A stretch of DNA of 54,711 nucleotides from a virus (IMGVR_UViG_3300019742_000004:1-54711), one strand, 5' to 3'; shown: positions 1 to 7,491, counted from the first letter of the stretch. A program made the numbers and translations. Notes: generated by a model from the sequence alone, not told the origin.

Positions 1-77
1 CAACAGAAATAGGCAAAGACATTTACCGTGTAGATATCAGCGGTAAAATAAATAACTTAAATTACGCACATTATTAA
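1..77 (+). CDS. 3' end of a truncated ORF (TEIGKDIYRVDISGKINNLNYAHY*), possibly a tail-region protein
   Basis: Open frame from the window edge to TAA 75-77. Confidence 0.45.
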   Translation, partial: TEIGKDIYRVDISGKINNLNYAHY

Positions 78-88
78 AATTTATTACT

Positions 89-175
89 ATGCCAATTGTA
101 AAGCCACCAAAAATACCTCCAACAGAGCTAGAGGGAGATGAAGTATCAGATGAAGATAACGTAGATAATGGTTAA
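89..175 (+). CDS. small Pro/acidic peptide MPIVKPPKIPPTELEGDEVSDEDNVDNG
   Basis: Read manually; fills the gap and overlaps the next start; N-terminus resembles MPIIKPTPP at 36575. Confidence 0.45.
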   Translation: MPIVKPPKIPPTELEGDEVSDEDNVDNG

Positions 176-548
176 TTTTATAAAGAAATACTATTTATAT
201 TTAGTGATAGGGCTTTACTTAGCTCTATCATTATTATACATTAATAAAGCTGAGTATAATATATGCTGGTCTGCATTCGGATATCTTACAGATAATATAT
301 TTATAATATTATTAATTATTTATCTTATCCCAAGACTAAAAGACACAAATTTAATGGTGTTTTCGTGCTTTATACCTGCTTATTTTATAATAAATTCAAT
401 TTTGGTGATTATCGGAAGTATAGTATCTAATGATATGAATGAATTTTTTAAATATGGTGATTCTCCAATAACTATTAATATAACAGTTGGAACAATGGTA
501 TTAATATTTATATTGTATCTATTGGGTAAAAAACATAAAATAATATGA
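168..548 (+). CDS. multi-pass membrane protein, lysis-region candidate
   Basis: About 4 hydrophobic segments; coupled to the next two membrane genes. Confidence 0.55.
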   Translation: MVNFIKKYYLYLVIGLYLALSLLYINKAEYNICWSAFGYLTDNIFIILLIIYLIPRLKDTNLMVFSCFIPAYFIINSILVIIGSIVSNDMNEFFKYGDSPITINITVGTMVLIFILYLLGKKHKII

Positions 549-850
549 AAGAATGGGTTAAAAATCTACAATTAAACATGGGTACAATTGTAGTTGTAGC
601 GTTATTATCATTCGTAGCAAGTATTTTTTTATACAACGTATCATCCAGCAACGAAAGAGCTGTTAGGCTGTATCAACAGACACAAGAGGAAATTAAGAAA
701 AAAGTAAGTACAGAAGTGTACGAAGCAAATAGAAGAACACAATCTGTTATAGATAAAACACAGAATGACAAAATACAAGCATTGGAAGATAATTTAAAAG
801 ATGATATTAAAGAGATAAAATTAGGTATGCAAGAATTGAGAGATAAGTAA
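545..850 (+). CDS. single-TM coiled-coil protein (holin/spanin-like candidate)
   Basis: N-terminal TM followed by charged helix; ATGA overlap with previous gene. Confidence 0.5.
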   Translation: MKEWVKNLQLNMGTIVVVALLSFVASIFLYNVSSSNERAVRLYQQTQEEIKKKVSTEVYEANRRTQSVIDKTQNDKIQALEDNLKDDIKEIKLGMQELRDK

Positions 851-1239
851 TGTTTAATATATTTAATAAAGTAAAAGGCGCAGGGATAACGGAAATAATG
901 AAAGGAGCTAAAGAGTTAGCCGATGAATTATTTACCACTAAAGAAGAGAAGCAGCAATTCTTATTAGATGCTTACAAAGAAGTTTCTAAAGATCGTCAAT
1001 CAGCTCGAAATATGTTTATTCACGATAGTTGGTTACAAAAGTCTTTTGCTATTTTATTTCTTGCATGCTGGCTTGTATTAACGTACTTATTATTAAATCA
1101 TTTTGTGGTAGGTAAAGTAGATCTTAAAGAATGGCAAATAGCCTTATTAAGTACTATATACGGAGGTATTAACACGAAATTAAATACTATTATAGATTTT
1201 TTATTTGGAGGTAGCGCGGGAGTTGATAAATCAAAATGA
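850..1239 (+). CDS. putative holin (3TM-holin-like)
   Basis: DELFTTKEEK...DRQSARNM, two TM helices and C-terminal FLFGGS, a pattern seen in phage holin-like proteins. Confidence 0.6.
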   Translation: MFNIFNKVKGAGITEIMKGAKELADELFTTKEEKQQFLLDAYKEVSKDRQSARNMFIHDSWLQKSFAILFLACWLVLTYLLLNHFVVGKVDLKEWQIALLSTIYGGINTKLNTIIDFLFGGSAGVDKSK

Positions 1240-1308
1240 TTTCACTATATTTACACAATCATATCGTAATACGATGTTTAGTTTGTGAAGATTTCATATC
1301 TCTTTACT

Positions 1309-1341
1309 GCCCAGATTCATCACTTCGAATCTGGGTTTCTT
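1309..1341 (+). terminator. intrinsic terminator
   Basis: cccagattc...gaatctggg stem followed by tttctt, downstream of the lysis genes. Confidence 0.55.
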
Positions 1342-1505
1342 ATTTATATTGCTTCTTAATAATAGAATTCTTAATTTCACAACTCAATATTAACTATTAG
1401 ACTAGATCAATAGTATCAACCTAAACAAACAAAAAAGATATGAAGTAGTTAATTAAATGGTTTAAATCGGACTTACCAACCACATAAATGAATTAGAGAT
1501 ACAAA

Positions 1506-1530
1506 GCCGCCAATATAGTGCGGTTTTTTT
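1506..1530 (+). terminator. intrinsic terminator insulating the cassette-array promoter
   Basis: ccgc...gcgg stem then T7. Confidence 0.55.
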
Positions 1531-1538
1531 GTACCCCT

Positions 1539-1643
1539 TATTTATATTCATTCTAAACACTTTTATACTTAGATTTGTGTAAACAAAAAAATAATAGGTA
1601 TGTATAAAAAGCGACGACGCAGGAGGAGAAATGAAGCCATAAC
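1539..1643 (+). repeat. 105-bp promoter/leader unit, copy 1 (inverted copy at 37721-37825)
   Basis: 102/105 identity to the reverse complement of 37721-37825; contains 19-bp operator-like box (1540-1558) and TAGATTTG -7 box (1570-1577); ends at AAC 1641-1643. Confidence 0.9.
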
Positions 1644-1719
1644 GGTACGGTTGTATATTATCGGTTGCTGATGAAGTGACCACATAAGTTGATTAGAATT
1701 ACTAACCGCCCAAACTTAG

Positions 1720-2061
1720 GTGCGTGGGCAAAAACTTTATGAAGCATTAGCATATGCTTATGAATTACTAAAAGAACAATCAGAAACAGGACACTACCCA
1801 GTAAGTGCACTTGCTGAAAATGGGGGTAAAGGTTATGAACCAATTACAAAAGTATTGAAAGAGTGTGAGGGCGAATATTTGAACGAGAGTAGCGGTTTGC
1901 ATTTACAACGTGTTAACGGCTGGCTTGAATTTTACGGAAACGAGCAGTTGTTTAATGACATGGCTAAACTTAATTGCCCTTGCAGATTTGATGATGGTAG
2001 CCAATGTAGATATAATGAAGAACACCCAATGGCAAAGCTAACGCACTTTAAAATAGTGTAG
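1720..2061 (+). CDS. hypothetical protein, cassette 1
   Basis: ORF (GTG start uncertain) reads through GTT 1912 and stops 10 nt before AAC 2071. Confidence 0.6.
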   Translation: MRGQKLYEALAYAYELLKEQSETGHYPVSALAENGGKGYEPITKVLKECEGEYLNESSGLHLQRVNGWLEFYGNEQLFNDMAKLNCPCRFDDGSQCRYNEEHPMAKLTHFKIV

Positions 2062-2130
2062 CTTGCCGTTAACGTGATTGGTATATAAACAAAATTTATT
2101 CACGGCAAATTTGCCACAAAAGATATTAAA

Positions 2131-2424
2131 ATGAAAGAACGTTTAAAATTACTACGTGCGGAGGCAAGCGACCTCCAAGAAAAACTTAGTAACAACAGTA
2201 AAGAACAAACAGAATTGATGATTGCTATTTACAAAGACGATACTAAGCTTGCTGTGGGCGATAAAGTGCTTGTTGACGGCAAAAAGAAAGGTGTAATCGA
2301 AAGCTTTGTCAGAAAATACAGTGAGGTTATGCCTAATGTGCAGTATTACAAGAAAGACGGAACGCTTGGTAAGAGATATGAGCGTGTGTGGGGTTTTCAG
2401 AAAATAGAAAAACTTAGTGAATAA
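2131..2424 (+). CDS. hypothetical protein, cassette 2 (inside the hairpin loop)
   Basis: Enclosed by a perfect 24-bp inverted repeat 2080-2103/2417-2440. Confidence 0.75.
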   Translation: MKERLKLLRAEASDLQEKLSNNSKEQTELMIAIYKDDTKLAVGDKVLVDGKKKGVIESFVRKYSEVMPNVQYYKKDGTLGKRYERVWGFQKIEKLSE

Positions 2425-2581
2425 ATTTTGTTTATATACCTTGTTGTGGTGTCGTTGCTTCTTTTGAAAGCGTGATGACGTTCAATGATTGCATATACTT
2501 ATTTATTATTTGCAATGCACCACAACGACTCGCATATGAGCCGTTTGGATTTAATAGTAAAAATTTCAAAAACATACAATA

Positions 2582-2938
2582 ATGAATGAAGAGAAAAAAG
2601 ATAATAACCGCACCGAAGCCCAAATGACTTATGATGCATTGTTAGCTACCGTTAAGTGCGGTGGGCTTTCAATCGATGAACTAAAAAGACTAAGAAATGC
2701 AGTGGTTGAAAAGGAAACAGAAAACTACCACAGCACAAGGAAGCTTATATATGAAATTGCATTAACTGACGATATGAGCCACTGCTTTAAAAAGCGTGAG
2801 GATGCAATTGAATACTTAACTACCGACCTTGAAGATAACGCAGAAGATTACTTTAACGAAAGTTCGGTTAGATTACGTGCGAGGTGGCTTGATATAGAAA
2901 CCTACAATGATTATAATGACCACTGGCTTGAAGTTTGA
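2582..2938 (+). CDS. hypothetical protein, cassette 3
   Basis: Starts in the loop and reads through GTT 2641. Confidence 0.7.
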   Translation: MNEEKKDNNRTEAQMTYDALLATVKCGGLSIDELKRLRNAVVEKETENYHSTRKLIYEIALTDDMSHCFKKREDAIEYLTTDLEDNAEDYFNESSVRLRARWLDIETYNDYNDHWLEV

Positions 2939-3103
2939 GCGGTGGCAATGGTAGCTAACGAAAAAGTATATGATTTCGAGCCGATAAATGGCACGACCTT
3001 ACGATAACAGATAAAGTAAATTAAAGATTATAAACAAACAAGATAGCACTAACACGGCTTGAATTATATACGGTGTTGTGCATCTTTTAAAAATGCGGAA
3101 ATA

Positions 3104-3310
3104 ATGAACGAAATTTATAGTGTAAAAGACAAATTGCCAGAGGTTGAATGTGGTAGCTACTTAGCTTATGCACCGCAAAGTTTCCCAAAAAATAGCCGAT
3201 GGGTAGTAGCTGAATATTATGATGATTCAAAAGGTTTTTATAGTGAATCAGGTGAGTTTTTTATGGATGACGTTACACATTGGTGTGAACTTCCAAAAGA
3301 ACCGAAATAG
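3104..3310 (+). CDS. DUF551-like phage protein, cassette 4
   Basis: SVKDKLPE...VTHWCELPKEP motif; in-frame ATG 3104 preferred over TTG 3059. Confidence 0.75.
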   Translation: MNEIYSVKDKLPEVECGSYLAYAPQSFPKNSRWVVAEYYDDSKGFYSESGEFFMDDVTHWCELPKEPK

Positions 3311-3451
3311 TAGCATTTTTTATTGTGCACAACGGTGGCAATAAGATTAAGCGTAGCGACCCGTAGGGTTAATTTTATTGCGTGTTGTGTGCTGTATAGC
3401 GACTTATCCCACGAATGATAATTAAATGTACTAATGTAAAAATATTTTAAA

Positions 3452-4348
3452 ATGTGCGATGGCAAAAATGGCTTTGAAAAAGCCAAAAATAAAGACCTTT
3501 TTGGTAATGAAATAATAACTAACCCATTATTGCGAGATAAATTTATTGAGCCACCTTTTTCTATTTTAGATAGTAAAAGTGGAAGTTGGAAAAAAAGGCG
3601 TAATTTATGGAAAAATATAGGCATAAAAAGTGAAGTTGGCAGAGATGTTAAAAGTATTGGATTATCTAAAAGTATATTAAATATTGGTAAAAATCATAAA
3701 GTGCATGAAGGTACTAGTATTTTTGACCCTGCATTGTGTGAAGTGATATATCATTGGTTTATTCCAAAAAATGGTAATATATTAGACCCTTTCGCTGGTG
3801 GTTCTGTACGTGGCATCGTTGCTAATTATTTAGGATATAAATATACAGGCATTGATATAAGGCAAGAACAAATAAATAGCAATAGGGAGCAAGCTATTGA
3901 TATACTTGACATAAATAACCAACCTCAATGGTATGTTGGGGATAGTAACGAAGTATTGAATGAATTTAACACTTCTTTTGATTTTATCTTTAGTTGCCCC
4001 CCTTATGCAGATTTAGAAGTTTACAGCGATTTGCATGGTGATATTTCAAATATGAATTATGTTGAATTTATGAAAGCATATGAAGAAATAATTGCAAAGA
4101 GTTGTAATTTATTAAAAAGCGGTGGTTATGCATGTTTTGTAGTTGGTGAGGTTAGAGATAAAAAAGGTAATTACATAGGATTTGTCCCAGATACAATTAA
4201 TGCATTTAAGAAATGCGGAATGAAATATTATAATGAAGGTATTTACTTGCAAGGATTAGCAGGTGCTTGTATGACCGCAGGGAAGCAAATGGAATCTTCT
4301 AAAAAATTAAGAAAAATACACCAGAACATATTAATATTTAAAAAATAA
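3452..4348 (+). CDS. DNA amino-methyltransferase (N4-C/N6-A), cassette 5
   Basis: SAM-binding LDPFAGGS and catalytic-like SCPPY motifs. Confidence 0.85.
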   Translation: MCDGKNGFEKAKNKDLFGNEIITNPLLRDKFIEPPFSILDSKSGSWKKRRNLWKNIGIKSEVGRDVKSIGLSKSILNIGKNHKVHEGTSIFDPALCEVIYHWFIPKNGNILDPFAGGSVRGIVANYLGYKYTGIDIRQEQINSNREQAIDILDINNQPQWYVGDSNEVLNEFNTSFDFIFSCPPYADLEVYSDLHGDISNMNYVEFMKAYEEIIAKSCNLLKSGGYACFVVGEVRDKKGNYIGFVPDTINAFKKCGMKYYNEGIYLQGLAGACMTAGKQMESSKKLRKIHQNILIFKK

Positions 4349-4352
4349 AATT

Positions 4353-4502
4353 ATGACACGTTTAACAAGATTACAAAAACACGGATGGAATGTAGTTAAT
4401 TATATGAGTGGTAATGGTTGCCAAGCAACCAAAAACAACGGATTAACTAAAATTACAGGGAAAAGCATTACTGATTTGCATAGACAAATATTTTGTTATT
4501 AA
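4353..4502 (+). CDS. small hypothetical protein (49 aa), cassette 5
   Basis: Read manually: MTRLTRLQKHGWNVVNYMSG...HRQIFCY*, 4 nt after the MTase stop. Confidence 0.55.
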   Translation: MTRLTRLQKHGWNVVNYMSGNGCQATKNNGLTKITGKSITDLHRQIFCY

Positions 4503-4626
4503 TGGCTTTTTCAAAGCCAAGAGGGAGGGAAATTTTAAAATATTTTGGGCAATATGGTACAATCTTTAATAAATGTACGGAACTAAGCCATATTGCATAC
4601 AACGTAAATAATAAATACAGTACGAC

Positions 4627-4875
4627 ATGAAAGCAGAATTATTTGATATATTAACGGACGTTGAAAAGGGCAGAATTACCGCCACCGTAGCCACTACAAA
4701 AGTATTGGATTTATTTAGTGTTAGCGGTAGTATTGGTGATATGATCGAGGACAATAGAACTAGATGCCCTAAATGCAAAAGTCCAAACATAGATCTTCCG
4801 CTAAGACTTACAAATTGGAGCAATACAGGCAAAGCAAAATGCCAAGAATGCGGTAATGAGTTTCACGACTTCTAA
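4627..4875 (+). CDS. zinc-ribbon protein, cassette 6
   Basis: CPKC...CQEC; reads through GTT 4720. Confidence 0.7.
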   Translation: MKAELFDILTDVEKGRITATVATTKVLDLFSVSGSIGDMIEDNRTRCPKCKSPNIDLPLRLTNWSNTGKAKCQECGNEFHDF

Positions 4876-4876
4876 T

Positions 4877-4926
4877 ATTACCGCTAACTACCCGATAAGT
4901 ACACATAAACATAATTACCTAACAAC
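4877..4926. repeat. attI-like array-terminal site, copy 1
   Basis: 50-bp perfect direct repeat of 24525-24574; ends 14 nt before the recombinase ATG. Confidence 0.85.
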
Positions 4927-4940
4927 TAGATAAATAAAAC

Positions 4941-5756
4941 ATGAGAAACTCTATACCTATTAGAAATTTAGAGGAATATATGTTTATAAAACAATATTCT
5001 AAAAATACTGTTGATAATTATATATCATGTATAAAAAATGTCTTGAAAAACTCTAACAAAGATGTATACCATTTAACAGTAGATGACTTTAATAATTATA
5101 TTATTAAAAGCAATAAATCATCTAGTTTTAATAACCTAGTTGTTAGTTCAGGTAAACTATTTTTTTATTATGGATTAAAAAGAAAATCAAATAATAAATT
5201 TTTACACAGACCTAAAAAATCTAAAAAAATAATAGAAATTTTAACACAAAAAGAAGTATGGAGTATTATAGATTCTATTAATAACATAAAACAAAAAAGT
5301 ATTATATCTGGTATATATCTTCATGGCTTAAGAATATCAGAGGTTCTGAATTTAAAGTACGAAAACATAGATAGACACAGAAAACTATTGACTATTAGAG
5401 AGGCTAAAGGTAAAAAAGATAGATTAGTCCCTTTAAATAAATTTTGGCTAGAGCACTTAGAAGTATATGCTAAGAAAATGAATCATAAAAAAGGTTATAA
5501 TGAACCAATATTTACTCCTTACTCTTTATCATCTATCAGAAGTACTTTAAAAAAGTACGCTAAAAAGGTAGGAATAAGAAAGAAAATATACCCTCATTTA
5601 CTTAGAGATACTTACGCGAGTCATTTATTACAAAGCGGCTTTGATATTTCGTTAATTCAAGAAATATTAGGTCATTCAAAAATATATACGACAAGGAAAT
5701 ACATACATTTTTCAGCGGTGAATATATCGGCTGTGTGCCTTAAGAAAGTAATTTAA
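4941..5756 (+). CDS. tyrosine recombinase (Xer/integrase family), candidate cassette integrase
   Basis: Complete catalytic set: GLRISE, KGKKDR, HLLR, LGH, TRKY; short SAM-like N-domain YSKNTVDNY. Confidence 0.92.
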   Translation: MRNSIPIRNLEEYMFIKQYSKNTVDNYISCIKNVLKNSNKDVYHLTVDDFNNYIIKSNKSSSFNNLVVSSGKLFFYYGLKRKSNNKFLHRPKKSKKIIEILTQKEVWSIIDSINNIKQKSIISGIYLHGLRISEVLNLKYENIDRHRKLLTIREAKGKKDRLVPLNKFWLEHLEVYAKKMNHKKGYNEPIFTPYSLSSIRSTLKKYAKKVGIRKKIYPHLLRDTYASHLLQSGFDISLIQEILGHSKIYTTRKYIHFSAVNISAVCLKKVI

Positions 5757-5941
5757 ATTCATTCTAAACTAAAATAGAACTAATATTGTGACATGAAAAA
5801 ATACAGAAGAAAATACCCGAATGGGGTACTAGGCTCCCAATTCTACTCTAAAGAAGAATTAAGCAAGTTTAAAATTTGTTTTGGAGCTGATAGCTTAATA
5901 GAATACGATAAAGGGGATAAGACAGGTAAAATATACAAAGT

Positions 5942-6286
5942 ATGGGAACTATGCGACGTAAAATAAAAGAAGTATTAAAAGCCGCTATCGAAGGATTAGA
6001 CTTTAATAGCGTGCAAATATTAAACTACGCTACTTTCATCTTATCAATAAATATAGATAAAGTAGAATTTACATACACTCGATCTCACACGACTAAGCAC
6101 TTATCGCTAGACTTAACAGGCGACATACAAATAAATAAATTCGAAGGCTACGCGAATGTAAATGTAGACGATTTAGAGTTATTTGTTTGGGATACTGACG
6201 GAGACCCAGAGCCTCACGACTTCGAGATGGTTGATGTATGTGAATTACTAACAGATTATATTAATGATAACTTAGAATCATTCTAA
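5942..6286 (+). CDS. hypothetical protein
   Basis: ORF in the + strand gene run. Confidence 0.6.
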   Translation: MGTMRRKIKEVLKAAIEGLDFNSVQILNYATFILSINIDKVEFTYTRSHTTKHLSLDLTGDIQINKFEGYANVNVDDLELFVWDTDGDPEPHDFEMVDVCELLTDYINDNLESF

Positions 6287-6347
6287 ACTACCTATAAGCT
6301 ATGTAATGTAACTTATAGGTAGTATATTTAAACTAAAATAATGAGAT

Positions 6348-6845
6348 ATGAGTAAAACACACTACAGAAAAGTATTTAAATCAGATCATCTAGGACAAGC
6401 TGACTTAGAAGATATGATAGAAGAAGGTAAAAGATTAGTATTTACCATAAAAGAAGTAAGGCAAGAAATAGGCGTTTCGGTTGCTGGCAGAACAGGCAAT
6501 CATAATATAGCTTATTTCGTTGAACCTATCAAACCATTAGTGTTAAATGCTACTAATAGTAAAACAGTTAGAGGATTTAACCAGAACAGCCCGTTTGTTG
6601 AGGATTGGGGTAATACATTAATTGAACTATACATTGATACTAATGTTAAAATGAAAGGCGAAATAGTTGGAGGCGTGAGGATAAAACCAAAACAACCAGC
6701 GATAACTAAACCTGAAATCACACCAGATAGTGCAAAATGGAAAGACGCTGTAGCTTATTACGAAAAACATAAATGCTTTACAGGTGTGCTAAAACATTAT
6801 ACCCTATCCGAGGCTAACCAAAAAAAGATAAAAGATGAAGCTTAG
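6348..6845 (+). CDS. putative ssDNA-annealing/recombination partner protein
   Basis: Overlaps YqaJ gene start; function inferred from position only. Confidence 0.5.
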   Translation: MSKTHYRKVFKSDHLGQADLEDMIEEGKRLVFTIKEVRQEIGVSVAGRTGNHNIAYFVEPIKPLVLNATNSKTVRGFNQNSPFVEDWGNTLIELYIDTNVKMKGEIVGGVRIKPKQPAITKPEITPDSAKWKDAVAYYEKHKCFTGVLKHYTLSEANQKKIKDEA

Positions 6846-7488
6846 ATACGATATAGCTCAGAACTCTGAAGAATGGTACGATATAAAGCTGGGTAAATTC
6901 TCAGCTTCTATTGCTGGTGACTTGCTAATGGATAAAAAAAACAAAGGTTATTCAAATCTTATAAAAAAAATATCTGAAGAGCGAATGACGGGAGAAGCTT
7001 GTGAAAGTAATAGCTTTAAAGGTAATGCATTCACAGAAAGGGGTCATGAATTTGAACCAATAGCCAGAGAAGATTATGAAATAAGAACATTTAACGAAGT
7101 TAAAATAATAGGCGTTATTGAGCGAGATGATTGGTGTTTGTGTTCTCCAGATGGTTTGATAGACGATAACGGATTACACCAAATTAAATGCCCTATATTT
7201 AATACACAAAGCGAGTATCTATATACATATAATAAATACAAGGATACATTAACTGCGAATGAATTAATGTGTAAAATATCATCTACATATTATAAACAAA
7301 TGCAGTTTGAATTATTTGTATCAGAAAGAGAATACAATATATTTACTTCGTATCACCCTAAATTAGCCGCAATAGATATTATAATAACTAGAGATGAAGA
7401 TATGTTAAGGGCTATTGAATATAGATTGATAGAGGCAAAAGAAGAAGTAGTAAAAAGAATTGAATTATTAAAATCTTATAAAAACTAA
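6835..7488 (+). CDS. YqaJ/lambda-exonuclease family recombinase
   Basis: QNSEEW, RGHEFEPIAR, CSPDGL, QIKCP, YYKQMQ motifs. Confidence 0.9.
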   Translation: MKLRYDIAQNSEEWYDIKLGKFSASIAGDLLMDKKNKGYSNLIKKISEERMTGEACESNSFKGNAFTERGHEFEPIAREDYEIRTFNEVKIIGVIERDDWCLCSPDGLIDDNGLHQIKCPIFNTQSEYLYTYNKYKDTLTANELMCKISSTYYKQMQFELFVSEREYNIFTSYHPKLAAIDIIITRDEDMLRAIEYRLIEAKEEVVKRIELLKSYKN

Positions 7489-7491
7489 AAC

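Larger units (their letters stand above)
1641..4888 (+). mobile_element. integron-like gene cassette array 1 (6 cassettes)
   Basis: Junction AACs at 1641, 2071, 2524, 2957, 3331, 4601, 4886; hairpin-closing GTTs at 1912, 2443, 2641, 3075, 3384, 4720; each GTTxxxx is complementary to the xxxxAAC ending the same unit. Confidence 0.85.

Noticed and set aside
1912-4722. Crossover at GTT creating chimeric proteins
   Set aside because: AAC-to-AAC units each contain intact genes, and the duplicated leader and attI-like site both border the arrays at AAC. Not formally excluded.
1641-4888. CRISPR array or simple terminators as the explanation for the repeats
   Set aside because: No constant direct repeat or spacer length and no cas genes; hairpins lack U-tracts, sit at gene 5' ends and share AAC/GTT cores.
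4941-5756. Ordinary prophage integrase marking lysogeny
   Set aside because: No arm-binding N-domain, no adjacent CI/excisionase module or host junction seen; physical link to the array favours cassette function. Lifestyle remains undetermined.
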